A stretch of DNA of 64,000 nucleotides. It comes from Rickettsiales bacterium UBA2645 (GTDB lineage Bacteria; Pseudomonadota; Alphaproteobacteria; Rickettsiales; UBA1997). The notes under the pieces are model-generated. The model saw only the letters and a list, made by a program, of their open reading frames with translations, was not told the origin of the DNA and searched no databases. The stretch lies in NCBI GenBank assembly GCA_002359655.1, contig DENL01000003.1, positions 7,418 through 71,417 on the forward strand, given 5' to 3'. This document shows, piece by piece, positions 1 through 8,911 of this stretch (the first letter of the stretch is position 1; each line of letters begins with the position of its first letter). Both the position numbers and the translations under genes were made by a program.

Positions 1-585
1 AGTTATCGCTAATCTTACGGCCAGATAGTCAATTTGGTTATTATCATTTTTTGCATCATCACATTTCCACTCGCCAAGATATTTCACATAAGAAGCCCAG
101 CCAGATAAAGTTGTTAGCATTAGCGTGAGCAATTTTTCTTGCTTGTTTTTTTCGACATTTAACTCACTTAGACAGTAAGCTATTGCCTCTTCTGCTAAGT
201 TTGGCAGCAAACTTATTTGTTTAATTTTAGCAGCAGAATTTTTGTGTAATCTGTTATCAAATTGAGCAAGTGGCAACCAAGATCTATAAAATCCTAAATG
301 ACGATTTGGCATTTTGATTGTTGCCTGACCTTGATCAAAAAAAGCCTGACACCATTTGATGGTTTGACGATTTATCTCTTCAATTTCTTTAGGTAAATTT
401 TCTTGTTCAAAATAAGCTGAAGCTTTTTTTAAAGCTTCTTTGAAAGGCAAATTTTCAAACCCTTGTAGAGGATTACAGGCAATCAGATTTTCTAGTGGCC
501 AGAACGGAGCGATATTTTTCCAAGCAGATTTTGATAGCTCTGTGATAACTTGATTTTGCTGTGCAATTTTAAGCGGATTTTCCAT
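1..585 (-). CDS. dabA: DabA-like (DUF2309) inorganic-carbon uptake subunit, N-terminal 195 codons; gene runs off the window start
   Basis: Not in the ORF track because it is open at the window edge. Minus-strand ATG at 585-583 is preceded by AGGAGAG. My translation is MENPLKIAQQNQVITELSKSAWKNIAPFWPLENLIACNPLQGFENLPFKEALKKA... It carries the WPL..xIAxNPLxG N-terminal signature I associate with DUF2309. It lies 7 nt downstream of the NuoL-like gene. Confidence 0.7.
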   Translation of the reverse strand, partial: MENPLKIAQQNQVITELSKSAWKNIAPFWPLENLIACNPLQGFENLPFKEALKKASAYFEQENLPKEIEEINRQTIKWCQAFFDQGQATIKMPNRHLGFYRSWLPLAQFDNRLHKNSAAKIKQISLLPNLAEEAIAYCLSELNVEKNKQEKLLTLMLTTLSGWASYVKYLGEWKCDDAKNDNNQIDYLAVRLAIT

Positions 586-592
586 ATCTCTC

Positions 593-1915
593 CTATAATT
601 TATATTGATTACGATTAGCCGTAATAGTGCTTGAAGCTGGTTGGCTGGCGTTTAGTGCTTTTACATAAAACTTTGTCATCAAGTGTGACATTTTTTGCTT
701 GGGATTGTGAATAAAAAGCCGCCCCAACCACAATGAAATGAAGATGAAAATCGCTAATAGATGAAAGGCATTGAGAGTTTGAGGATTATGGAGTTCAGAT
801 GTTGAAAATTGAGATTCGATTATGCGAATACTACCACCATATAAAATTCCTGCTACTGAGGTTAAGATAATTGCTATTGGTAAATTTATCACAGGCTTTT
901 CTCTTAGGACGTTCAATGCTAAGTGAGTCGCGGCAATAAATGCAGCCGTAAACAGCACGCTGTTGCTATTAGCTAAGAGTAAATTTTTATTTGCGATCGC
1001 AGAAAAACTCAAAATCCCAAATATTCCACAAATTAAAGCTGAGACAAAAGAGGCAAAACTTGGTGGATAACTAAGATCAAATTTCTTTTCTTGCGCCGCC
1101 GCACCAGAAGTTAGAAAGAGATAAGATTTAAAGCAGCCATGCCAAAATAAGTGCGCTATTGCTGCAGGAAATAATCCAAGGCCACATTGCGCCAGCATAA
1201 ATCCCATCTGTCCTATTGTTGAGCAAGCGAGCATGCTTTTAACATTGCTTTGTATTAACTTCCAAAATGTTCCAACCAAAGCTGTCGTGATTCCGATGAC
1301 AAAAATTAGAGTCAGAATTTTTGGCGAGTTAAAATAAAGTGGCGCAAAGCGTGCTAGTAAAATTCCACCACCATTTACAAGGCCAGCATGCATCAATGCT
1401 GATACTGGAGTTGGAGAATTAAGCGAGCTAGTCAACCAAGAATTAAATGGATAGATTGCTGATTGCGTCATCGCTGCAAACAAGATTAACAACAAAGCGA
1501 TTATTGGCTGTATTTGATCTTCATACTCAAAAGCTAGTATAGATTGAATTGAAGTCTGACCTGTTTGATGAGATAGCAAAACTAATCCAAGGCTCAAGAA
1601 GCAAAGTCCAATCAGAAAATTTTTTGCTGCTAATTTTCCAGATGCAAAAGCCGATTTCCAATTTGATTTGTGAATCATCATCACGACCAAGATTGTATTA
1701 CTTAAGGACCAAGAAGTCAGAAAAAGAAAGATGTTGTCAGACGATACGGTTATTATTACCGATATAATAATTAGAGGAAGTGTGAAGAAAAAAAGATTAT
1801 ATCTAGAATCACCTTTTAGATATTGTTTTGCAAAAAGTGCTACAACCAATCCAATAAAAATGATTAGAAATATTATAACTTTTGCCAAACCATCGATGTA
1901 AAAAAGAGAGCTCAT
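593..1915 (-). CDS. dabB: DabB-like proton-conducting membrane subunit (NuoL/MrpD/ND5 family)
   Basis: 440-aa polytopic membrane ORF with ND5/NuoL-type core motifs (..LMHAGLVNGGGILLARF.., ..MLAQCGLGLFPAAIAHLFWHGCFKSYLFL..). Its TAG stop overlaps the ribosome-binding site of the DUF2309 gene. No other nuo genes are nearby. Confidence 0.75.
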   Translation of the reverse strand: MSSLFYIDGLAKVIIFLIIFIGLVVALFAKQYLKGDSRYNLFFFTLPLIIISVIITVSSDNIFLFLTSWSLSNTILVVMMIHKSNWKSAFASGKLAAKNFLIGLCFLSLGLVLLSHQTGQTSIQSILAFEYEDQIQPIIALLLILFAAMTQSAIYPFNSWLTSSLNSPTPVSALMHAGLVNGGGILLARFAPLYFNSPKILTLIFVIGITTALVGTFWKLIQSNVKSMLACSTIGQMGFMLAQCGLGLFPAAIAHLFWHGCFKSYLFLTSGAAAQEKKFDLSYPPSFASFVSALICGIFGILSFSAIANKNLLLANSNSVLFTAAFIAATHLALNVLREKPVINLPIAIILTSVAGILYGGSIRIIESQFSTSELHNPQTLNAFHLLAIFIFISLWLGRLFIHNPKQKMSHLMTKFYVKALNASQPASSTITANRNQYKL

Positions 1916-2030
1916 ACTTTACTTAGCAAATTTAATTATTAGAAAATTTTATATTGACTGTTAATCACATAAGTTTTTCTCGCTATAAAAGTAAAACTCA
2001 TAATTCTTATAACTAATATTAAAAAATCTT

Positions 2031-2870
2031 ATGGCTATCGACACTATATCTGCACAATGTTTTATTGCAGTTGCCGACACTGGAAGTTTTACGAAAGCGG
2101 CAAGTCGCGTTGGCAGAACTCAATCAGCGGTTAGTCAACAAATTGCTAAATTGGAAAACTTTGTTGGAAAGCAGCTTTTTGTGAGAGGAAAAATATTTTC
2201 CTTAACCAATGAAGGTGAGATTTTTTTAGGATATATAAGGCAGATATTTGCTCTGCACCGTGAAGCAATAGATTGCTTTAAAGAGCCTGAGCTGAAAGGA
2301 GAAGTTAGATTTGGTGTGCCAGAAGATTTTGCCAGCGTGTTTCTTTACGATGTTTTACGAGAATTTTCTCAAATACATCCTAAAATTTTGCTTAATATAG
2401 AATGTGATCTGACTCTTAATTTATACGAAAAGTTTAAGCATAAAGAGTTTGATCTGGTGGTTGTTAAAATGAAACCACCACACAAATTTAAAAATGAGTT
2501 AGAATTGCTTTCAGAAAAACTTGAATGGGCAGGAGATTCCAGATTAGTAAAAAAAGGTGAGGCAATTCCTTTAATTCTTTCACCAAAACCTTGCCTTTAC
2601 CGTGAAAAAGCAATAGCTGCTCTTGATAAAAAAAGAATTAAATGGCGTTTAGCTTTTTCCAGCAACAGCTATGCGGGTAAAATAGCAGCCCTGCGAGCTG
2701 GGCTTGGAATTACAGTTTTTCCACACACAATTATTCCGTCAGAAATTAAAATCATTAGATCTCCTATTCTGCCAGAACTAAAAGATAGCCATTTTTCTTT
2801 ACTTAAACATAAAAATGACAAAGCGGCAGTAAATTCGTTTGAAGAGTTCGTCATAAAGAATCTAAAATAA
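2031..2870 (+). CDS. LysR-family transcriptional regulator
   Basis: N-terminal HTH (FIAVADTGSFTKAASRVGRTQSAVSQQIAKLE) plus a LysR substrate-binding domain. Divergent from dabB across a 115-bp intergenic region. Confidence 0.9.
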   Translation: MAIDTISAQCFIAVADTGSFTKAASRVGRTQSAVSQQIAKLENFVGKQLFVRGKIFSLTNEGEIFLGYIRQIFALHREAIDCFKEPELKGEVRFGVPEDFASVFLYDVLREFSQIHPKILLNIECDLTLNLYEKFKHKEFDLVVVKMKPPHKFKNELELLSEKLEWAGDSRLVKKGEAIPLILSPKPCLYREKAIAALDKKRIKWRLAFSSNSYAGKIAALRAGLGITVFPHTIIPSEIKIIRSPILPELKDSHFSLLKHKNDKAAVNSFEEFVIKNLK

Positions 2871-2873
2871 AAA

Positions 2874-2988
2874 CTGATTTTTTGTAATTTTTTAGTGTAA
2901 TTTGCCTATAGGCTTGGCGCCTTGATTTTAAAGGGTTGAAGATAGTTTCTCTGAATTTTGAACACGTGTTCAAAATTCAGTTTTTTTG
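2874..2988 (+). repeat. 115-bp repeat, copy 1 of 2 (family 2); candidate small-RNA or terminator cassette
   Basis: Nearly identical by eye (a handful of mismatches) to 38175-38289, in the same orientation. Sequence: ctgattttttgtaatttt..gtgtaatttgcctataggcttggcgc.ttgatt.taaagggttga...gtttct + palindrome + T7. Confidence 0.85.
2951..2987 (+). terminator. Rho-independent terminator-like hairpin inside repeat copy 1
   Basis: Perfect 30-bp palindrome ctgaattttgaacacgtgttcaaaattcag (2951-2980) followed by TTTTTTT (2981-2987). There is no matching A-tract on the left, so it is unidirectional for the plus strand. It lies 80 nt after the lysR stop. Confidence 0.7.
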
Positions 2989-3042
2989 TCATTAAATTTG
3001 CAATTTAAATCGTTCTTATCCAGCAACTTACGCGTAAAAAAC

Positions 3043-4116
3043 TTAGCCAAATATGTGCTTCATTTTTTCTTCTAAGGCTAGAAAAGAAAATTTTGTTTTC
3101 AGGCGAGAAAAAGAATTTTCAACCAAAGCATCAAGCAATTGTGGATTTTCTGATATTTCAAGGACAACTTCAGCAATCCTTTGATCAAGGCTTTCTACAG
3201 GTTTTAAGGCAATAATTATTCCGTCAACTTTATCGCGTAAAATTTCTTTCGATCCGTCAGTATCGGTGGCAATTATTGGTTTGCGATATTTTATGGCCTC
3301 AAGCAAAACAAGGCCAAAAGTTTCGTTATCAGAAGCGCTGCAAAATATGTCGATTGACTGAAAAAATTCTTTTTTATTTTTAACCCAGCCACAAAATTCG
3401 ATTTGTTTTTCCAGATTTAATTTTTGGGTCAAGATCCGCAAATCTTTTTCGAAAGGCCCAGAGCCAGCAATCCTTAGAATAAATTTTTGTTTCGGATTTT
3501 TATTCGTTGCTATTTTTTGCAACTTCTCGATCGCTTTAATTAGATGATCAAAACCTTTTTTATCGTCAATTCTGGCCATGGCGCCAAGTGTGATCACGGC
3601 TTGTTTTTGTAAATTTACTCTTGGCGCAACTGTGATCGCATCATTCAAATCAACAGCATTTGGAATGACAAAGCTGCTGTCTTCTTTTTGACCAAGATCA
3701 ATAGTGCGATGAAAAATTTCACGATTAACCGAGAAAATTAAATCAGCACCAATTGAGCGCTTAACATTCATGCTGTGATTGACCGCGATGAGAAAAATTT
3801 TGTGATTGGGAAATTTTTTAATCGCTTTTTTTGCCAGAACCACCGATCTGCCAACATGCGCTATTACTGACATTGGGCTGAAATCTTGCAGAATTTTTTT
3901 TAGCTCTTTGATGGCAAAAATGTCGTAATCACCAAAGCGATTTGAGATTTTTTTAACTTCGATTCCAAGAAAGGAGATTTGATCGGCATAAGGCGCATCT
4001 TCTTTGACGATTGCCAGAACTTCGTGGCCTAAATTTTTTAAAACAACAAGGTAATCGACAAAAACTTGCTCAGCACCACCATTTTGCGAAGTAAGAATGA
4101 TGTTGAGGATTTTCAT
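3043..4116 (-). CDS. Glycosyltransferase family 4 (GT-B, RfaG-like)
   Basis: MKILNIILTSQNGGAEQV... N-terminus and the C-terminal E-x7-E region (..SDNETFGLVLLEAIKYRKPIIATD..) typical of GT4. Confidence 0.85.
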   Translation of the reverse strand: MKILNIILTSQNGGAEQVFVDYLVVLKNLGHEVLAIVKEDAPYADQISFLGIEVKKISNRFGDYDIFAIKELKKILQDFSPMSVIAHVGRSVVLAKKAIKKFPNHKIFLIAVNHSMNVKRSIGADLIFSVNREIFHRTIDLGQKEDSSFVIPNAVDLNDAITVAPRVNLQKQAVITLGAMARIDDKKGFDHLIKAIEKLQKIATNKNPKQKFILRIAGSGPFEKDLRILTQKLNLEKQIEFCGWVKNKKEFFQSIDIFCSASDNETFGLVLLEAIKYRKPIIATDTDGSKEILRDKVDGIIIALKPVESLDQRIAEVVLEISENPQLLDALVENSFSRLKTKFSFLALEEKMKHIFG

Positions 4117-4120
4117 TATT

Positions 4121-4876
4121 TTATTTTTTTATTTCATCAGACTTAAGGTCAGAAACTACAGGATAAAGACCACCAAGCACCGCAATCAAAAAACCTAAAG
4201 CGCCTTCTTTGTAACCTCTTTTAAAGAAGAAAGATTTTACGAATCTAAATTTAAAAGAAATTATTGCTTTTAGTAAGTTAGTTGAAGATTTTTTATTTCT
4301 AGCGAGATCATTAGCGCGCCATCTAGTGTAGCGATTAAAGCGGTTGAGTAAATCAGTGATGTCATCATCAACCAAATGAATTATCGGATTTTGTAAATAT
4401 TTTATTTCACAATTAAGATCGGCTGTCGGATGAATTTCTTTATCTTCGTGATATTTCTTTGATCCTAAATAATGAATAGTTTGACGAGCTTTAACGCCGA
4501 GAGTGCGAGGCCAGCCATATTCTACGTGGCGATCTCCAATGTAGTTAGCAATTGGCACAATAAAAGCGCAGGGCTTGCTGTCTTTTGTCGCTTGCATAAT
4601 TTCTGCAGCTAATTCTGGAGAAATTCTTTCATCGGCATCTATTTCTAAAATCCAATCAGATGTTGCAGCTTTATTAGCAACGTTGCGGCGCGCGCCTTCA
4701 AGATTCCACGAACCTTCTATTATTTTGTCGGTAAATTGTTGTACGATTTCTTTTGTTGAATCGGTGCATTTATCAAGCACAACTACGATCTCATCAACAA
4801 AGGAAAGACTCTTCAGGCAATCTTTAATTTTCTTTTCTTCATTATGCGCAACAACTACAGCAGAAATTTTATTCAT
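4121..4876 (-). CDS. Glycosyltransferase family 2 (LPS-core KdtX/WaaE-like)
   Basis: ISAVVVAHNEEKKIKDCLKSL..VVLDKCTDSTKEI ... LEIDADE: GT2 DxD-type fold, 251 aa. Confidence 0.8.
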   Translation of the reverse strand: MNKISAVVVAHNEEKKIKDCLKSLSFVDEIVVVLDKCTDSTKEIVQQFTDKIIEGSWNLEGARRNVANKAATSDWILEIDADERISPELAAEIMQATKDSKPCAFIVPIANYIGDRHVEYGWPRTLGVKARQTIHYLGSKKYHEDKEIHPTADLNCEIKYLQNPIIHLVDDDITDLLNRFNRYTRWRANDLARNKKSSTNLLKAIISFKFRFVKSFFFKRGYKEGALGFLIAVLGGLYPVVSDLKSDEIKK

Positions 4877-4935
4877 GGATATTTGTTAATTTAATTTAGT
4901 GATGAATTGGTCTGGACAGTTATTGGTTTTCAGAA

Positions 4936-4964
4936 TTGACTTGCTATCTTGCGAAAGATAGATT
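4936..4964 (+). promoter_or_regulatory. Candidate sigma70-type promoter of sodB (TTGACT-17 nt-TAGATT)
   Basis: TTGACT at 4936-4941, a 17-nt spacer, TAGATT at 4959-4964. This would place the transcription start at about the A of ATG 4972. Sequence pattern only. Confidence 0.3.
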
Positions 4965-4971
4965 TTTTTCC

Positions 4972-5712
4972 ATGCAATTGTCAAAAAGAAAATTCATCAA
5001 AACTGCTTTACTATCATCAGCTCTATTTTTTAGCGCCTGTAGAACTAGTTTCTCAAGCTTAAGAAAAAACGAGGGCGGTTCTCTATTACCCAAAACTAAC
5101 AATAAAAGAGGTTCATCTATGCCATTTGAATTACCAAAACTACCTTATGAAAGAAACTCCTTAGCACCTCACATCTCTGAGAACACTATAAATTTCCACT
5201 ACGGTAAACATCACCAAGCTTACGTAACCAATCTTAATAACCTTGTAAACGGCACTGATTTAGCCAACAAATCTTTGGAAGAAATCATCAAAATTTCTCA
5301 CTCTGATAAAAGCAAAGCTGGCATATTCAACAATGCAGCACAAGTTTGGAATCATACTTTTTATTGGCACTCAATGAAACCAAATGGTGGCGGTAAACCA
5401 TCAAAAGAAGTTTTAGCAAGAATTGAAGCTGACTTTGGTTCTTACGAAAATTTTGTTACCGAATTTAAAAACGCTGGTGCAACTCAGTTTGGTTCGGGTT
5501 GGGCTTGGTTGGTTCTTGAAAATGGTAAATTAAAAGTTACTAAAACTGGCAATGCCGAAACCCCAATCACAACTTCAGCAAAACCTTTGATGACAATGGA
5601 TGTTTGGGAACATGCTTATTACTTAGACTTTCAAAACGCCCGTCCAACTTACATCGATACCTTCTTGAATCACTTGGTTAATTGGGATTTTGTTGCTCAA
5701 AATTTAAAATAA
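4972..5712 (+). CDS. sodB: Fe/Mn superoxide dismutase with an unusual N-terminal extension; alternative internal start at 5119
   Basis: SOD core: MPFELPKLPYERNSLAPHISENTINFHYGKHHQAYVTNLN ... DVWEHAYYLDFQNARPTY. ATG 5119 has AAGAGG 8 nt upstream. The frame is open upstream to ATG 4972 (MQLSKRKFIKTALLSSALFFSAC...). The track start at 4936 (TTG) coincides with the putative -35 box and is unlikely. Confidence 0.9.
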   Translation: MQLSKRKFIKTALLSSALFFSACRTSFSSLRKNEGGSLLPKTNNKRGSSMPFELPKLPYERNSLAPHISENTINFHYGKHHQAYVTNLNNLVNGTDLANKSLEEIIKISHSDKSKAGIFNNAAQVWNHTFYWHSMKPNGGGKPSKEVLARIEADFGSYENFVTEFKNAGATQFGSGWAWLVLENGKLKVTKTGNAETPITTSAKPLMTMDVWEHAYYLDFQNARPTYIDTFLNHLVNWDFVAQNLK

Positions 5713-5721
5713 TTTGCCCTA

Positions 5722-6309
5722 ATGCGTACAGCTACAATAAAACGCGACACCAAAGAAACTAAAATCAAAGTCGAAGTTAATCTTGATGGAACTGGTAAAT
5801 ATAAGGTTGAAACTGGCATTGGTTTTCTAAATCACATGATCGAACAACTTTCTCACCACAGTTTGATTGATATTCATTTAGAAGTTAAAGGCGATCTACA
5901 CATCGATTTTCATCACACCACTGAAGACTCTGCCTTGGCAGTTGGTGAAGCCATCAAACAAGCTTTGGGTGATAAAAAAGGTATCACGCGTTTTGGTCAT
6001 TCTTACGTTCCAATGGACGAAACACTAAGTCGCGCCGTAATTGATTTATCTGGTCGCGCTTATCCAATTTTTAATTGCGAATTTAAACGCGATAAAATTG
6101 GCGAAATGGACTGTGAACTTTTCCGCGAATGGTTCCACGCTTTTGCCCAAAGCTGTGGATGCAATCTGCATATTGAAAATCTCTACGGTGTTAATAATCA
6201 CCATATTGTCGAATCTTGCTTCAAAGCTTTGGCAAGAGCGCTTCGCGAAGCAATAACAATTGATGAAAGAAAAAAAGATGCCATCAATTCTACAAAAGGT
6301 GTTTTATAA
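5722..6309 (+). CDS. hisB: Imidazoleglycerol-phosphate dehydratase
   Basis: [17 protein letters not shown]...[29 protein letters not shown]: full-length IGPD signature, 195 aa. Confidence 0.95.
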   Translation: MRTATIKRDTKETKIKVEVNLDGTGKYKVETGIGFLNHMIEQLSHHSLIDIHLEVKGDLHIDFHHTTEDSALAVGEAIKQALGDKKGITRFGHSYVPMDETLSRAVIDLSGRAYPIFNCEFKRDKIGEMDCELFREWFHAFAQSCGCNLHIENLYGVNNHHIVESCFKALARALREAITIDERKKDAINSTKGVL

Positions 6310-6312
6310 ATA

Positions 6313-7272
6313 ATGTCTCTTTTAAAAAAAATCGCGCAGAATACAAAAGCTCGTAAACCAGTAATTTACGGAGTTTCTAGCACTGTTTTAACTGACGAAG
6401 AAAAATATTTCTTTTCTAAAAATGGTGCGCTGGGATTTATTATTTTTGGTCGCAACATTGAAAATAAATCACAGTTAAAAAAATTAACCGACTCGCTTCG
6501 CGAAATTATGGAAGGCGAAGTTTTAATTTTGATCGATCAAGAAGGCGGTCGTGTTGCTCGCCTGAAAGAGCCGCATTGGAAAAAATACCCAGCAGGACAA
6601 TATTTTGCTGATCTTTATCAAACAAACAAAGATCAAGCTGGCGAAGAGTTATTTAAAAATTTCCAAGAGATTGGTCGTGATTTAACAGAAATGGGAATCA
6701 ATGTTGATTGCGCTCCAGTTCTGGATATTTTAACCGATAAAACTCATCGAGTTATTGGTGATCGCGCCTACGGCAAAGACGCTAAACAAGTTGCTGATTT
6801 AGGAAAAAAAGTTTGTGAAGGTTTGTTGTCACAAAATGTTTATCCAGTTATCAAACATATTCCGGGACACGGCCTTGGAACTTCTGACAGCCACTTAGAA
6901 TTACCAATTGTTGACGCTTCTTTGGAAGAATTAAGAGCCAGCGACTTCTTGCCTTTTCAAGAATTACGCCAACAAAAATTCGCCATGACTGCTCATATTT
7001 TATTTAGCGCTATCGACAAAGATAATTGTGCCACGGTTTCTAAAAATGCTGTAAGAATAATCCGCGATGAAATCGGCTTTAAAAATATTTTGATGAGTGA
7101 CGATGTTTCAATGAAGGCCTTAAAAGGCACTTTCTTTGAAAAATCACAAGCCATCTTAGAAGCCGGTTGCGACATTGTTTTGCATTGCAACGGCAAGATG
7201 GAAGAAATGGCAGAAATCAATTCTGCTTTACCAAATTTAAGCGACGATTTTCGTAATAAATTTATAAAATAA
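6313..7272 (+). CDS. nagZ: Beta-N-acetylhexosaminidase (GH3)
   Basis: GFIIFGRNI, LILIDQEGGRVARL, KHIPGHG..SDSHLELP motifs of GH3 NagZ. Confidence 0.9.
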   Translation: MSLLKKIAQNTKARKPVIYGVSSTVLTDEEKYFFSKNGALGFIIFGRNIENKSQLKKLTDSLREIMEGEVLILIDQEGGRVARLKEPHWKKYPAGQYFADLYQTNKDQAGEELFKNFQEIGRDLTEMGINVDCAPVLDILTDKTHRVIGDRAYGKDAKQVADLGKKVCEGLLSQNVYPVIKHIPGHGLGTSDSHLELPIVDASLEELRASDFLPFQELRQQKFAMTAHILFSAIDKDNCATVSKNAVRIIRDEIGFKNILMSDDVSMKALKGTFFEKSQAILEAGCDIVLHCNGKMEEMAEINSALPNLSDDFRNKFIK

Positions 7273-7883
7273 TGACGAACTACTTACATAAAAACGATCT
7301 GCCCTCAGACATTGAAATAGGAAATGTGGTAGCAATTGATTCTGAAACTATGGGTCTGAATATTTTTCGTGATCGTCTGTGCTTAGTGCAAATTTCTTCT
7401 GGTGACGGTAATGCTCATTTAGTAAATTTTGCACAAGGAAATTACAACGCACCAAATCTGCGCAAAATTTTAGCCAACGATAAAATCCAAAAAATATTTC
7501 ACTTTGCCCGCTTTGATTTAGCGGCTTTGCAATTTTATTTAAAAGTGGAAGTGAAGAATATTTATTGCACAAAAATCGCTTCAAAACTTGTACGCACTTA
7601 CACTGATTCACATGGCCTTAAAGCTCTTTGTGAAGAGTTGCTAAGCGTTGAGCTTTCTAAAAAACAACAAACTTCTGATTGGGGAAATTCGCAAATCAGT
7701 GATAAACAGATTGATTATGCCGCTTCTGACGTTTTGCATTTGCACAAATTGAAAGCAAAACTTGATGAAATGCTAATCAGAGAAGACCGTATGAATATTT
7801 TTCAGGCTTGTTTAGAATTTCTGCCAGCTCGCGTCAAACTTGATTTGCAAGGCTTTGGCTCTGCTGATATTTTTGCTCACTAG
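7272..7883 (+). CDS. rnd: Short RNase D-like 3'-5' exonuclease (DEDD)
   Basis: VAIDSETMGLN..DRLCLVQIS, FHFARFDL and YAASDVLHL exonuclease motifs; 203 aa, single domain. Confidence 0.85.
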   Translation: MTNYLHKNDLPSDIEIGNVVAIDSETMGLNIFRDRLCLVQISSGDGNAHLVNFAQGNYNAPNLRKILANDKIQKIFHFARFDLAALQFYLKVEVKNIYCTKIASKLVRTYTDSHGLKALCEELLSVELSKKQQTSDWGNSQISDKQIDYAASDVLHLHKLKAKLDEMLIREDRMNIFQACLEFLPARVKLDLQGFGSADIFAH

Positions 7884-8890
7884 TACATTCTTTCGTGAGA
7901 AGATTTTCCACGAAAAATATAATAAGAATAAATGGTGTAAACCAAAATTACTGGCAAGGTGACGACTAATCCCACAAACAAAAATGATAAAGATTCTGGC
8001 GCAGCAGCAACTTTTGAAAAAGGAACTTCATAAGGCAAGACATAAGGAAATAAAGTCACGGCAATTCCAAAGTAGCACAAAGTAAACAGCAAAATTGTCA
8101 GCACAAAGGGTTGAACTTCTTTTTTATTTAAGAGCGCTTTGATCAAAAAGAAAAAAGTCAACAAGGTTAAAAGCGGAATTGGACTTAAGTAAAAAATATT
8201 GGGCAGCGAAAACCATCTAAACAAAATTTTCTGATTCAAAAGTGGTGTCCAAGCACTGACTAAGAGAATAAAAAATCCAACAAAAACCAAAGCATAAAAT
8301 GCGCTCTGACGTGCCCAATCATGAGTTCTTCCGTGAGTTTTCATAATTAACCAAGTGCTACCAATAAGTGCGTAGCCAAAAATCAGAGCAACTCCTGTCA
8401 TTAAAGCAAAACCGTTAAACCAGCCTAAATAGTTTTTCACACAACATTCTAAACCAGAAACAAAACAGCCAAGCATTACGCCTTGAAAAAAAGTGGCGAT
8501 TAATGAACCGAAGTGAAAAGAATAATCCCAGATTTTTTGCTCGTTTTTTGATGTGGTTTTAAAGCGAAATTCAAAAGCTACGCCACGCAAAATCAATCCT
8601 AAAAGCATCAGAGTAATTGGTATGTAAAGAGCTGGCATAATTATTGAATAAGCGATCGGAAAAGCAGCAAAAAGCGCAGAACCTCCCATCACTAACCAAG
8701 TTTCATTGCCATCCCAAAATGGTGCGACAGAGTTCATCATTTTGCTGCGACATTCATCCGAAGGTGCGAAAGGAAATAAAATGCCAACTCCCAAATCAAA
8801 TCCGTCGAGCAAAACATAAAGAAAAATTGCCAGAGCAATCACCCCAACAAAGACTAAAGGCAAGTCAATAAAGGCAGAAATATTGAACAT
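7880..8890 (-). CDS. cydB: Cytochrome bd ubiquinol oxidase subunit II
   Basis: 336-aa membrane ORF (..LDGFDLGVGILFPF..WDGNETWLV..) immediately downstream of cydA. Confidence 0.93.
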   Translation of the reverse strand: MFNISAFIDLPLVFVGVIALAIFLYVLLDGFDLGVGILFPFAPSDECRSKMMNSVAPFWDGNETWLVMGGSALFAAFPIAYSIIMPALYIPITLMLLGLILRGVAFEFRFKTTSKNEQKIWDYSFHFGSLIATFFQGVMLGCFVSGLECCVKNYLGWFNGFALMTGVALIFGYALIGSTWLIMKTHGRTHDWARQSAFYALVFVGFFILLVSAWTPLLNQKILFRWFSLPNIFYLSPIPLLTLLTFFFLIKALLNKKEVQPFVLTILLFTLCYFGIAVTLFPYVLPYEVPFSKVAAAPESLSFLFVGLVVTLPVILVYTIYSYYIFRGKSSHERMY

Positions 8891-8911
8891 AATTTTATTA
8901 ATTTAACTTGT

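Noticed and set aside
7880-7883. rnd and cydB share a palindromic CTAG containing both stop codons (a convergent 4-bp overlap)
   Set aside because: It is real but trivial. It is a consequence of genome compaction, with no evident regulatory meaning.
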